Of a stretch of 64,000 nucleotides of DNA, positions 35,620 to 49,399 are shown in pieces. Position 1 is the first letter of the stretch; every line of letters begins with the position of its first letter. Source of the stretch: Anthoceros angustus (lineage: Eukaryota > Plantae > Anthocerotophyta); the NCBI GenBank assembly GCA_010909165.1, contig MU008185.1, positions 372,001 to 436,000 of the forward strand, read 5' to 3'. The notes below the pieces were generated by a model. It saw only the letters and a list, made by a program, of their open reading frames with translations, searched no databases and was not told the DNA's origin. The position numbers and the translations under genes are program-made.

Positions 35620-38600
35620 AAATACCTACTATCGTAAAGGGCACCAAGTCTCCCGCTACTACGAAGTCCACAGTGAAGCCTCCCATCGTGCCTCTCCTTC
35701 TCTGTTCACACCTTTGTGTCTCCTCTAAGGCATCGTCCACTGATTTCCTCATGCCAAATTCTTCCAACTTTGGCTTGTTCACTATCTTCCACCGTCATTC
35801 GCTCATCTTCCATAATTCTATCGTTGGTACCTCAAATTGGCATTACGGGTGACATCGTATATCGAGATAATCTGATGTCTTCTTGTGGTCACCTTCTCCA
35901 TGATCCACGAAATAGCAGTGTAGCTTGGTATCGATCATACATATGGGAGTCACTTTGTCAAAATGTTGCATAGTAACCCATTTGTCTTCTCCGTGAGTCC
36001 GTTGGCTTTCGGGTTGTAAGCGTAGTCTTCACGTCGAATGTTGAAATAGCGATCCAGACTCGATTATCTTTGTTGAAATCGTCCCTCGATCGCTAACAAG
36101 TTCCGGTGGGCATCCATACCTTGTGATAATCCGTTCAAACAAAAACTTGGCGGCGGTGGGCGCATCATCCTTCCTTTACCTCTACCATCTTTGTGCGATG
36201 TCGCAACAATGTCTTGTCGCTGGTCGGTTGGTGGGTCGAATAGGTCCCAAAATCAATTCCCCATTTTCAAAAGGTGCGGTGGTAGGATGTCGTTAGAGGC
36301 CCTTTGGGTTCGGTGTGGGCCTCCCGTTCGACAAGCATCACAACTCGATGAATAACCATACATCTCGATACATTGTATCCCACAAAACCACTGGTTAGAA
36401 TCTTCTTTGTTGTGATTGTGGCGGAATAGTGTCCTCCCTTCCTCGTGTGCAAGGCTTCTATCACCATGGCTTTCTCATTCCCCTCAAACATCTTGAATCA
36501 CCTCATATTTAATTTGTACCTTGCGATGCAATATGGTGCCGTGTGTATGAATACAACTCCTTCCTTTGATAAATCCACGGCAACTCCCCATGCTCTAAAT
36601 ACCTCCGACTCGGCGTTGATGAGTGTGGAGCACGCCTCCCCCTTCTTCTTACGGTCGGGGTTTACGTCGGGGTTGCGTAGTCCTTGGTCTGGCGTCCCCT
36701 CCGGTTCTCGATGCTCGCGATATCCGGAGAGTCCCAGCTCCGCCGTTTCTCGATCCGTCCTTCTGCGGTGCCTCCTGCGTCTTTCGATCATGCTTTCGAC
36801 GGCTACCAACTCCTCATCAGAACTTATCGTTCGGTGGTGGCGCTTCCCTTCATTCGTAGTCGAAATGAAGTCGGCGTTCACATGTTGCTTCCAGCCCGTG
36901 TTTCCACCTCATAATCGAATTCACCAATGTATCCATCGCGATTCGTCCGGATAGATCGGGTTTGTTTACCAAGTACTTGATGCGAAATGGTCCACATGGA
37001 ACACAACTTTGCAAGCCGGCGAGATAGTGTCGAAATTTCTTGCGAGAATAGATGATGCCGAGCTTCTCTTTCGATTGGTAGTTCCGTTACGCATCCGAAA
37101 GTTGGCGTCCATAGAAGATCGGCCTATCATGCTTCTTTCCATCACGTTGACTCGGGATGGCCCCTATGGCATAGGTGATACATCCACAAAGACATGAAAA
37201 GGTTCTTCCCGGTTGGGGGTTGCAATCATGCCCCAAGCTCTTTTCAAACTTAGGAGCGCTTCACAGCCCGGCGTCCGGTCAAAGGAACATCTTTCTTGAT
37301 AGTTGCGTGAGAGGTCTTGCCTTCTTTGCAAAATCAATGATGAATCTCTGTAGTATCCCTAAGCCGATGAAGGCTCGAACTTGCCTTACCGTTTGAGCAT
37401 CCATCTACTGATGACTCGACCTTTTCCTATCCACCTCAAACCTCGCTTGAAACACGATGTGTGATTCCTTCATCATTCGAAATAACATTTGCTGGGTGCA
37501 ACTTCAAATTGGTTTCTCTACATACTTAAACCTTTGGCGAAGATGTCCCAAGTCGGGCTTCTCTTCCCAAACACACAAAAGTCATCCGAAATACTTCCAT
37601 GAATTTCCTCGGTACTCTCGGAAAATATTCACTACTCTACGAAGGTGGCGGGGCATTGCAAAGACCAAAGGGTAATTTGGCATATGCAAAGCGTCCCCAA
37701 TCGATGGTAAGCGTTGTTTTGTCACGATCTTCCTTTCTCGAGTGATCGATTATATCCACGAATACCCGTCTAAGCGCATCTCATGCCTGCTGTCCAATAC
37801 ACTATCCATAAGCGGCAAGGGTGATGGTCTTTCTTAGTTGCCTCATTCAACTTCACGAAATCACAGACCGAACTTTCCCTGTTGCTTCTTAGGCACAATC
37901 ACAATCGGTGCCACCCATTCTTGAGTACGGATAGATTACTCCGCCTCCATCTTGATCCAATTGCTCCTTCACCACTAGAATACTTTGGATTGAGTCGATC
38001 TTGATCCTCACGGTCGCTCCTTCCTTCAAGTCGATTCGGTGCACTCCCAACTCCTCGGTATCGGTCATTTGTTACCTTGAGCGAAACAATCTATGTATTC
38101 CAACAACGGTGATGGAGTTGTTTCTTCTCTTTGTTAGATGCACGCATACCATGACTTTCTTCGAGGGCCAGCTCCATTTCCTCTAAGGCTTGATCCTTTG
38201 GTCCGTCCGGACAACTTCCTAGTGGCCCGTTCCTTCATCCGGAAAATCTTCATTGTCGGCTTTCCTTTATCCAAGGATCTTCTCGTCCCTTCTCCATTGT
38301 ACTCGATTCTTCTTCTATCTCGACTTGGAAGCCGTCAACAAGCAGCGGGACAATACGTTTGATCATCGATCGAAGACCTCTCCTCTCTCCTCCCCAACCT
38401 CGGTGTACTCCTCGGTGAGGATTGTTTCCCCTTCATAGGTTTCCTTGCTCCGACTCAGAGGCATGAGCCAGCATGCCCTTAGCGATCTGATAATTTCCTT
38501 CTTCCCCAATCAAGGCGCTTTGTGCCCGTATAGCCATGGCCTCCCTATCAACACTTGATACCCGGTCGGACCCGTCGCATGACCACATAAGTCAAAGGAA

Positions 38601-41600
38601 AACAATGCCTCCAATGTTAGTGGGTATCCAGTACCCCGGTGATCGCCCGTCGATCCGCCATTCGAAGATGGTGCGTGTCCTCGAACTTGGTGTATCCTAG
38701 TTTGCTGGCGTTTCTTCCATCATCAGTTAACCCACGAGAGTCGATGGTACCGCCTTATCAAGCATCCGTTCACTTCGACCGATATTTCACTGGCACCCAA
38801 ATCCATGAGTTCCACAACTCGTACATCCGTAATTCGTTTCTGGTTTTCTGTCGACTGAGTCCCTTTCATCGCTTCTCGCATCATACGTCGATACTTGGGG
38901 TTGTCCGACAAGAGTTGTCGAAATGTCACAAGGAATTCTTGATCCAACAGGGAGTCTGCAAAACTGGTGACTTTCTCAGTGAGGGGGGTCTTCTTTTCCT
39001 CAGCGATTACTTCTTCTTGAGCGGTAACCCTCCATCTTTGTCATCACTCCCCTGGACCCATGGTTTACGGGGTGCATGTTTCTTCCTTTCTTGAGTGAGT
39101 TTCCGTAATTCGGCATCGAGCATGCCACCTCTGGTGATGTCGGTGCAATTTGAAGCCTTTGGACCGCCCTCCCTCGGTGCCCGGTCTCAGCGTTTCTTCA
39201 TCTCTCGATGTCACTTCCTCACATTCTTCTTTTCTTTCGCTCGGATTCCATCTCCGAACTTCCAATTTCGAGCATTCTCCTTGTCGTTGAGGTGTCGTCC
39301 CTCCTTAGTCTTGGCCGAGTGGCGGCGTGCGACTAACTCGTCTTCCGGAGATATGCGAGTCCACTTCCTGCACTTCCAACCATTCGCCTTCTTGCTCCTC
39401 TCCCCAGCGTTCGCCGTCTTCTACTTCCACTGTCTGGGGGTGGGCACGAGAGGCATCTCTGGGTTTGGTGGAATCTCTCTGTCACTGGGGTTAGCGAATC
39501 GTACCCACAGTGCAGAATGGTCTTGGGCCCCATCTTGCATCTCCCGCTATATGACTGGCGCCTTGCGGACTGTGAAAGTGTACCCAATCATCGCCTTAGT
39601 TACGGACATGCACGCATAATGATCAGTTGTAACAATGGCGGTACATTAGGGTCGTTGAGAGGATTCCGGTCGCCATTGATTCGCGATTGCTTGCCTTGGA
39701 CCATACCTCATCCCTTTGGGTGATCTTGGGTTGATAGGTGGCTCTCATGGATTGAGGCGGTCGAGCTCATGGCACTCGATACACCTCCTCTCACGAATAG
39801 TATGGGTCTAGATCGTACTCCACGATTGACCCATCGTGTCTTGAGGCGGCATTCACGATGTATGGCTGGTGATGACAATTGCTACAAAGACTTTCTGGGT
39901 AGGGAAGGAGATCGTCGTCGGTCGATCTTGACTAATTTGATCTCGATGTACTTGACCGTTTCATCACATCTTCAAATTGTGTCTTGGTGCGACCTTCCAT
40001 TCGTTCCCTTTTCCCTTCTCAAACCTTCGTGGCGTTTCTCTTGTCTCTCTCCTTCTTCTTGACAAATGTTCCAAGTCTTTTTCACTCGCTTATGATGTGC
40101 TTCTTAGATTCGCTATCATCCGTCCGGATGTTGAATTCTCTTGAGATGATGATGGTTCCGGTAGTGTCTTGACGTCGATTCTTGACGAACTTGAAGGCGA
40201 TGTCTCTTCCTTCTTCCTCTTGCCACTCGCTTTCTTCCGTCTTCTCCTCCCTGAGCGGCCTCCCATGCTTGCTGCTCGAATGCCTTCCTCAAGGTATCAT
40301 TGCCCTGCGGTGAATCTCCATCTTCGTGGTAGTCCACAGACGAACCAATCCAACGCTTGTTCTTAGAATCGCTTGTGATTCTCCTCCGTGTTGTCCACTC
40401 TCGGAGGTATCTTCTCCAGCGTAAAACCGTTCCACATAATCGAGCAAGGATTCTTTTCTTCTTTGCAGTCGAAGTTTTGTTAACATGGGTAGTGTGGCTC
40501 AAACCACGAAACGAATAAGGAAATCAGCTCATGTCAAGCGGTGGGTGGGGTAGAGAACTTCAGCATACCATTGTTGCGCGGTCCTGTGATCTGGAAAATC
40601 GTACCCGATCATCGAGGAATCCTCGATGTTAGCCCTCGAGATGGATTGAAAAGTTTTACAAAACTTTCGGCATCGATGTCGTCCTCCTTCTTGGATCCAA
40701 ATTTGGGATATGGCTGCCTTGTGTGCGGGTGATGGGGCTTGCTCCTCGTCTTGGCTCCTCCGCTCCGCTCATGGCTATGGGCAAAGGTGTCGATCTTGTC
40801 GAGCGGTCGTCACTGCGGAGTAAGTGAAACTCGGGCAGCTCTTGCTCGTGGGTTGTGGACTTGATTGTGTCTTCGCTCTCCCACAATTCTTGCTTCTTCT
40901 CTCGCGGCGCCTCGCATATACTGCGCAACTTCCGCTGTCGAGCCAAATGATCGAGATATTGTCGATTGTAAGTGTCCCAATCCTTGCTCCTGATGCGATC
41001 AACGCCGCCCGTATGGCTGCCTCCGAGCCCTCTCGGTAACAAATGTCGCTCGTTGACTCCCCTCAGGAGATGATCTCATCAAACAAGGCGTTTTCTTCGT
41101 CGGGCTCGAGTCGAAAAATCTTCTAAGGTGTCGATGTCGAGAAGAGGATGCGAGTGCGTTCGGACGGGTGGTAGCGGACCACCCTACTTCCCTCGAGTCC
41201 TTTCACCGTTCGTGGGTGATACTAACTCCAGTCGTGACCTCGAAGGTTCGCAAAGAATGAGCTCGGCCTCCGTTCTTGGTTCCGCTCTGTCTTCTTGATG
41301 TTCCAAAGTACCACGGCTCCCGTCCGTGGGTAGGCGCTGTCGGACCTTCTCCGCAAAACAATCGAGACTAAGCGTGGTGGCGATGCGTTGTGTACTTTCT
41401 TCCTCGGTAGCGAGCTTCGCTTGACTTGGCTTTACCTCCACTCTAGCGATGGCTCGGCTAACCTCTCGGGATTGCCTCTATCCGCGTCGATACTCATCCC
41501 TTGGCGCCCTTTCGCGAGTTGAAAGGGGATAATATTCGCAATGTCCGTTTACTCCCTCTCATCATTCACTCACACACACAATCCTCAAAGCAAATCCCGA

Positions 41601-41610
41601 CAGCGCCAAA
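35620..41610 (-). mobile_element. Decayed Ty3/Gypsy LTR retrotransposon internal region (gag-PR-RT-RH-INT), 3'-truncated
   Basis: Minus strand: gag with zinc knuckles (~39.5-39.7 kb), protease LIDGGS (~38.65 kb), RT (~37.3-37.9 kb), RNase H (~36.9-37.2 kb; RKKFRHYL, KYLVNKPDLSGRIA), integrase GGHYS and WGIDF..KFLFERIITRYGCPPELVSDRG..YNPKANGLTEKTN (35.7-36.5 kb). Domain order is Gypsy type. Confidence 0.9.
41596..41608 (-). promoter_or_regulatory. Primer-binding site of the Gypsy element (TGGCGCTGTCGGG)
   Basis: Follows ...ACA-TTTT on the minus strand, directly inside the presumed LTR end at 41613. Confidence 0.65.
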
Positions 41611-41612
41611 AA

Positions 41613-42490
41613 TGTGGTAGGTTTCGGTCACCGAGCTCGCCTCGGTGGCCACACTTATCCAGTCGTTGAATCGTGAGTTCGATCCCAAGAGATTTGGTTC
41701 GGATTGTTTGCGATCGTCCTCTCACTCTCTCTCTCGTCATTACGCGGTCTACTTGTCCTCGTGGGCAACAAAGCGGTGTTATGCGTTTGGGTTATCGCAG
41801 CGCGCTCCGCCTTCGATTCCCTCCACCTCAACACTCTCCTCGCCAACTTCTGCGATCAATTCACTCTGCGACACCATAGCCAACCTCTTCACCATTCTCA
41901 AAAAACATAGCTCACGGACAACCACATACGGACTCACTTCATTCGATCCCCAAATCTAACTCTACCGTTCGCGGTTTGCGCCTCCCTTGCGGCACAAGCG
42001 CACAGGGTGACTAGCTGGGTATTTCTCTCGGGCGATTCGTATGCACAGCGGCGTAGTCGGCGCCGATCCTGGGGCCACCGAAACACAAAGCACATCCAAC
42101 AACAATCTTTCACGAGGAGGAGCTGCGTTGGCGAACCCACGCGAGGGCCTCGACCGAACCCCACCCTTCTTCTTCGCTTGGCGGGGCGTCGGTCGCACAC
42201 ACACACAAAGGGATGCGGAGGCGAAGAATGCATGACAAAGCAAGGTCGGTGTTTATTCATTCTTCCACCCTCCCTTTTATAGGTGGGGAGTCGGCCACTC
42301 GTGCTAGTTTAATGCTAGGCGACTTGCCAAGTCCAACAATAGGACTCTTGTCATACGATTCGTCCTCTCGGCTCGATCCGGCTCACCTTGACGAATATCC
42401 TATCTGTCTATCTGCCGCCACTCTTAAATACTCACACTTCCCAAGGTGTGCACCACTTGGGACAAAACGTCCCTGAAAGGTCCTCGACAT
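41613..42490 (-). repeat. Putative 5' LTR (outer boundary uncertain)
   Basis: Terminal dinucleotide at 41613 adjacent to the PBS; minus-strand TATA CCTATAAAAGG at 42273-42283. No partner LTR found. Confidence 0.5.
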
Positions 42491-42539
42491 CCTCGTTCGG
42501 CTTGCTTTTGTTAGCCCTCGCGGCTTCAATGTCTTCCCC

Positions 42540-45450
42540 TTGATGGGTCGCCAGCCTTGCCCACCTCCAGTCTTCTCGAGGACTATGCAGCCGCCCTCGT
42601 CGGCCCCCTCGGTGGTAGGTCTTCCTTTGTGGTAGGAGGTTCCATTCCTCCTACTCGTTCATCCTCGATGGGTTCCTCCCCTCTTGTTCGTCTTCTTGGT
42701 AGGCGGTTGTCTCCTACCTCTGTTTGGATCTTGCTATACCTTCCCTCACGGCTGGGTTTCGTGAGGTACCCTTCCTTGGGTCACCTCCTCCTCTTCAGCA
42801 GTTCCTCACGAGTAGGAACTTTGGTGTACCATCCTACCATCGGTCTCTTCCTCCCGGCATAGCTCCACCGTCTCGGGAGGTTCTGGCGTCGCCGTGCTTC
42901 TTGACTCGCTCGCTCGGCTATGTGCCCACTGGCTTTCCTTGTACCAACTCAAAGTTTGACCTCCGGTTGCCATTCCACTTGGCGTCGAGCGGTGAGGTGC
43001 ATTTCTTCGTCTTCCTCATGGCGTTCCTCAATCGCTTCGGGAGGTTGTTGTAGTAGGTCGCCACCCTACCACTCTCCTTCTTTTGTCGTCCATGATGCGG
43101 ACCCTTAGTGGGATGGCCTTTTCGTCCCACCGGCTGATTTGTCACTCCTACCAATGCGGCCTCTTTCTCCACTACCGCTCTCTCCAACTCCGGGCAAGCC
43201 TCCCAATCTCCTTATCTTTCTCCATGGCTTCCATCGCCATGCGTTTCACTATAAGCGTGATCGCTCCTTTGCTCCCTCGAATGACGAAGACCCTCCAAAG
43301 ATCGTTGGGCCATCAAAACTTCCTTCCGCGGTTCCTTGCCTCCGTTTCATAAGGCGTGGGTAAGGTCGTCGGCCTTCTTCGTTCTGCTCCAAAAGTTCTC
43401 TCGTGTCTGAAGCTCCTCTTTGTGACCCTTAGTCACATTGTCCCATCCTTGTTCCTTCACCAAGGCATGTATTTTCCCTTGTAATGCTCCTTCCGTTGCT
43501 CCATGGCAACTAACTTCTTTAGGAGGTCCTTCTCGTCTTCAAGGTCATGCTAGGCTAGATGGCCTCCTCCTTGCTGCGTTCGATGTGTCCTACCCTTGCT
43601 AGGGTAGCTTCCAACTTTCGCCTCCTTCTGGCGGCAACTCCTCGGCCTCTTGGCTGATTTTGCCTCCCCAAGACGGTCAATCATTTCCCACATTCACCAA
43701 CTTGGTGGTCATCTGTCGCTCTTTGGCGGATCTAGCAGTGTTGCTTCTCGGAGGTGGTTTTGAGCTCCTCTCAATTTCTTCTCGGCATCCTCCGGCTCCT
43801 TTCGTAGGTCTCGAAGTTCGGCGAACTTGGTCACCTCCAACCACGGTCCACTAGGGCGTCCATAGATCCTGCGCCCACTTCCTTGACTCGGCAACTACCC
43901 TCTGTGGGATGCGTTCTCGAACACTTCCCTCTGCTCCTCACGTTGGTGCGTAGGTCACCAACGTTCCTCGTTCTTCTCGTCACCCTCAAGTCTTGTTACT
44001 ACTTCTTGGTGGGAGGTAAAGCTCCTACCGTGGGTCCTCCATCCTCCACAGGTCCCTCGTAGGGGGTTCACTCCCCTACCCTTTGGTGTTGTCGGCCTTC
44101 CAATCCTCAACCCTCGGTAGGTGGTCTCGTATCCTTTCCTCCTTCCTCCGTAGGAGAGTGCTTCTAGCCTTCTTCCCTTTCTCTTGTTGGGTTCACGATC
44201 CACGAGGCCTCATGTTGGTTCGCGGGCGTGGCGGTCTCTTGCCCGGGGCCTCTGTCTGTCTCTTCATCCTCAGGGCGATGGCTCTCCTTCCGCTACCCTC
44301 ACGGAGTAGCTTCTATCTTGGCTTCTTCCATTTCGTGTAAGAACCTCCTCCCTCGATATAGGTGTCGAGGAAGGTAGAGACAAAGCGATTCTTGCTCCCT
44401 CCATCACCAAATGGTTTGGTGCGCGCACTTTGTTCATCTGAGAATGGTGGCCCAATCCACCAACTTCCCACACATCTCATACATCATCATTAAATGGGAA
44501 TTTCCCGTCGTCTTCCTCGCGCATTAGTCCCGGCCATATCTTGGCGAATAAATTCCACTTCCGCTCCTTGAACAAGAGATCCTCCAGCCATTGCCTTGCG
44601 ACCATACTTCCTCCTTTGGTCGTGGAACATGCTCATAACCTCCTCGGGATCGATTCTTGGAGGCTGAATGATCCCTCCCTTGTGGGCTTCCGGTATCAAA
44701 TCGTATCACGGAAATGCCGTACCTTCCACATCCGGGATGGCTTGATTGTCGCATCCTCAGGCGGCGTCGCCTTGGTCACTCTCATTCGCGCACTCTCAGA
44801 CCAAGGCGGGGCTGCAAAGTGCCACCGGTACCAAGTGCCATTCCATCTTCATCTCGGGCGGCGCTCGAGCGCCTCAAATCTCGAGGTGAAATTTGGGCGG
44901 CCTACACTCGAACTTCGGGGTGGGTGTTTCTTACCTTTTCCCTTTGTGGGCGGTGTGGTGGAGGTTTCCTCCCGTGGGAGTACCCCGTTCCCGTCCTCAC
45001 TATCTTTACCATCTGCAGAGCACACACAAGGATAGCAAAATTGGAGAGATTGGAGTAATCTATCGGGCTAAGAGAGTGGAGAGCAAAGAGGTGGTGGTTT
45101 GGGTGAGACAGCAAGGGGAGTTCTTCGCGCTCCTCGGCGTCGGCCTCAACGCAACCACTAAGAGGTGGCCTTGGCCCCTTCAATCTCCCCTCCAGCAACT
45201 TCTCCACCTTGCTCGCCTTTTGGCACGGTAGCCTTGTAGCTCACCTCGGCGCCTCTACACAATCGCCTCCGCTCGAGCACCTCCACTCGCGCCCTTGGAT
45301 CCCCCTCACTCCTTTCCGGTCGCTCATGCAGCTAGCTCGCTCCTGCCTCGCTGCTCCTCGGCGCCTTGAGTTCGCGCTCCCTCCGGCTGCGCGCTGCAAT
45401 CGGTGAGCGCCGCTCACTGCTGCCTTCCTTCGCAACTCCACTTACTCCCC
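42540..45450 (-). mobile_element. Decayed accessory ORF region, probably retroelement-derived
   Basis: Fragmented charged/coiled-coil minus-strand ORFs (44902-45207, 43709-43894, 42918-43187) with the same compositional skew as the Gypsy body. Confidence 0.4.
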
Positions 45451-46059
45451 TCGGCGCCTTGACTGCCGGTTCGCTGAAGGCGCCCGTTCAAAACCACAGC
45501 TAACGAGTTTGCGGTACATGCCGCCTTAATGGCGCTCCTCCACGATGGCACGTGTGGTTCAAAACTCCTGGCCATTTTCCATCTACAACTTAACTAGCCC
45601 TTTTGGCATATATAGCCATGCGAGAACCTAAATAATTGAAGGCCAAGGAACTTCCTATATATTCCTACTCCCCATGGTCCAAGGAACTTTGGAACCTATC
45701 ATGCCTATATATGCTTCTATCTACCCATACTTTCTACCCGATCGACCTCCTACAGTGCGCGATTGATTAAGTCCCGAACTCCCTCGGACGTCCTACCATC
45801 TTCCTACTGTTTCTATCGACCTACCTACTACTACTGAACCACAGCTATTCATCCTTGGCGAGTCTCTCCACGCGTCTTGGGTGACCAAAAATTCTTAGTT
45901 CCACAACTTGATGTCGGTCAATATCATTGAGCGTTGAGTTCAAGTTGCAGCAAAATCTACAATTTGTTGTGCACTTGCTTGGGAACTTAGTGCGGCGAGA
46001 TTATGGCGCATCGGTGTGCTACGGCTGTTATTTTGGACCCAAGTCGCATGGGGGCCCCA

Positions 46060-47240
46060 TATGGGCCTAACATTGTGGGAGAACCTCCACGCGGCGTTGT
46101 GGGCGAAGTGTTGTCCTCTGCCGTTGTGGCGTTTCGCTTGAGCATGCGTGCGAGACGGTGGTACACGTACATGAGGTCGCCTCTTTTCTTGGAGGAGCAT
46201 TACGCAAAATTTGATGATCGGGATGTGGGCAGTCCTACGGTGTGCGTTGTGGGCGCGCCCGTTGAAGAGAGGCCTAGGAGCTCAAGGGCCGTCGGAGATG
46301 GATTTGTCCTTCCTTCCACGGAGGTATTGCGATTTGTTTTGGCTGCGATGAGCTTGAGGCGGAGTGCCTTGTGGGGTCCCGACACCACGTTCGCGGCAGT
46401 GGCGGCTACATTGTTGTCGGAGACAGTCCAGCGGGATGGGGAGGATCCCATGGTACCCTGGACTCTTGCATTTTCAATCCGTGACCAAGGCGTCGACTGT
46501 CTTGAATCTGAGCCGGCGGGTTGGCAGCCCGACTGCAGGGTGTGCAAGTAGTAGGCTGCGGACGGCGGTTCAAGGTGTTTGTACTTCACCACGTTAGTGG
46601 CGGTGAAGTTCGAGCCTCCATGTACCGTCGGCCGAGCAGATGGAGCGGGGCCGCGGCGCAACTCGTCGCGTGTGGACTTTGAGCTTACGGGCAGCGGCGG
46701 GCCGCCGGACCAAATCCTATGCCGACAACACCATTTACGAGGTGGATCGTTGTGGAAGGCTCTCGGCTTATTACCTAGATGTCGGCGCTGAAGGCGCGTT
46801 CGTCCATGCAAATGTGCTCATCAATGATGACACTCGAGGGAGTCCGGTGTCATTCAAGTGGTTTAATAGTCGGCGTAAGGGCCGTGCAGTGTGAGCACCG
46901 TGGAACTCTCTACCTCGTTCACACCATTAAGGCTTGGAGATCAGGCGGGGACGAGCCTGGATCGATCACGTTTGTGTCTCGAAGGCACAGGCCGATACCA
47001 TCCGGTGGTCAAACCTGGACATTGAGGGGTGAAAGTGGTGGGTGACATGATGTGCATACGAATTAAGGTGAGGCACCTCCGGTGGGGGAGCCGCAAGCCA
47101 AACCTAGTGATGAGTCGGGATTTGTTGGGGTACCACGAGAAGAAGAGTGGCTTTGCTTTCACGTTGTGGAAGGCTTTTGGATCTCGAGGAAAGTGACATC
47201 TTGGGCAAGAAGCGATCGCCAAGCCTTTGTCTTTGAATTT
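46060..47240 (+). pseudogene. F-box protein (F-box/kelch-like) paralog 1, frameshifted
   Basis: LWENL..VVGEVLS.LPLWR...RRW F-box-like N-terminus. SEMDLSFLP and FKVF..EVRAS motifs are shared with paralog 2. Confidence 0.6.
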
Positions 47241-47444
47241 CGACCTCGTCGACTTTGAATAAGAGTACTAGTGGATGTATGTACATACATATGCACGATG
47301 TTCAAGTGTTGTGAACTTCTCTCCAACATCCATTAGGTTGTCTTAGTCCAATTCCTCTATGAAATTCTTGGTTTTAATATCAAATTGTGCCAAAGTCCAC
47401 AACAAAAGCTCTTAATAATATGTCCAACCTACGGACTACAGCAC

Positions 47445-47815
47445 TATAGGTTGTAATACATTATACATATATAAAATACCAGCGTGATCAATGTTGTGTC
47501 ACCGAATTTTGTAGGGATGGCGTTATAGAATGTTAATTATAACCCGTGAGCACTAGGCGAACCATGATCTCACAACACTCTATCCGATCGAACATACGAT
47601 GAAATCTTGCAAGGCACACGATCTCACGGTGTACAGTGTAATACATTATATCCATATATATATAAACTACCAACGTGGTGGTGGTTCACGAATTTTGTAG
47701 AGATATTATAGAATGTTAACCCCGAGCATCGGACGAACCATGACCGCTAACAACACTGGGACTATCCAATCGAACATACGATGATTGCAAGGCATACGAT
47801 CTCAGGGCCAAGAAC
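47445..47815. repeat. ~190-bp degenerate tandem duplication
   Basis: GAATTTTGTAG...ATAGAATGTTAA...CGAACCATGA...ATCGAACATACGATGA...TGCAAGGCA.ACGATCTCA occurs twice. Confidence 0.75.
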
Positions 47816-48329
47816 ATGATATCGCTTTGATGCCAAGCAAACTTCAATTCGTCATCATGCAGGGCGTATATGTTTGATTACGATTTGCCGAGCGCCGATC
47901 CTCGATCAACCGGATGGATGCTGCACCCCATCCACTAAGCCGGAGCTCCACCCTGAAGGACCAAAAGAAAAAGTGAACAATTTGTTTAGATCGCGATCGA
48001 TCCCAAGCCATCCTTGTCGAGCTACCGAGTTGAGAGCTGCTGAATCTTTAATGCTGCCTTCAAACCGTGTGCATTTGTCGCTAGCCGGAATGCGCAGTAT
48101 TAACTTTTGTTGCCAATCGGCCGTGGGACATGTGCAAGATCCGCGAGTTGAAAGAAGCGCGTTTTATTAGCATGGCCACAAAAGGATGTCGAACGTGGAA
48201 TGCCCTTGGATCCGGTCTTGCAAAATGTGGTGAGTCAAACATCACGCCACGCTTTTGACAAGTCGAGGCACAAGGATGTGGTGAAAGGGAATGCCTAAGG
48301 ATCTAGCTCTTGTCCGAGTAGGTTGCATA

Positions 48330-48432
48330 TGCTTACGACGCTAAGGGAAGATGCTTAGGATGCTAAGGATGGATGATTAGGATGCTAAGGACACATGCTT
48401 AGGATGCTAAGGCGGAAGCCGAGGATGGTAAG
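48330..48432. repeat. Short GGATGCT(T)A(A)GG tandem repeats
   Basis: About 7 degenerate units. Confidence 0.7.
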
Positions 48433-49399
48433 GCGGTGGCTCCCTCCCACAAAGCCAACATTATCCGAACCAAATTGTAAAGTTTCAAACATGAAAGACA
48501 AATCAAAAGTAGTTTGAGTTATTTGAGTAGTCGGAATACATTATATAATATTAAAAATAAATTAGAGTGATTGAAGAAATTCTTTGTCACTTTAAATAAT
48601 TTTCAATAATAAATCATGATTAATGATCCTTGATTATTTAATTATAGTTTGAATTTTGAAACCCGACATGCTCACATGTCCTAGTGCCATAGGGTGACAT
48701 GAGTATGCAAAGAGTGTGTCATAAGGTGCAGCAACGCAAATAGTGTGTTACGGTGTGGTAGGGAGTGGCAGCCCATAAATAAATGAACTGAATTAATTAG
48801 TATGGCTGGTGGTTCAAGGATCCCGGACCTAAAAATCTTATCACGACTTGAAAAACAACGACGGTCACACATTATATAACATATTGGTGTGGTTTGAATA
48901 AAGTTGACCCCTCAAACTTCCAATCAAAGGAATTTCTATTTAAAGGGTAAAATTAGAAGGGATGGATAATATACTATTTTAAAATTAGATAATGTATTTA
49001 TTAAAACATATTTCTTTAATTAATAAATTTGCTCCTAAACTTTCCTTGAATTGTGTTTACTTCTTCCTTGCCCATGACCTTAGGTAATGTTACTTCTTTA
49101 GAAGCATCTATTCCTTGACCAAGATCCTTGAATAATATATAGTTCTAAAATATCCTACTTCTTAACCACGTACTTAAAATAGTAGTATTTAACAGGCTCT
49201 AACCTATATATTGAGATTGTGCTCCTTTGGTATTGACTTAGAGGCTCGGCCCTTGGTGTTCCTCGTTGATTGGGGAGAAGAATAGCTTTAAACACGGCGA
49301 CCCAATTGTTGCGGCTAAAAGGGAGAGAACTTGGCGGGTAGGGAGATGGAGGAGGCGATATTGTGGTGGGTGTTTTGGACCTAGGTTTCAAGCATAGTG

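Noticed and set aside
35360-35700. 3' LTR and PPT of the Gypsy element
   Set aside because: No similarity to 41613 onward; the purine run at ~35700 reads as integrase C-terminal coding sequence, so the element is truncated here.
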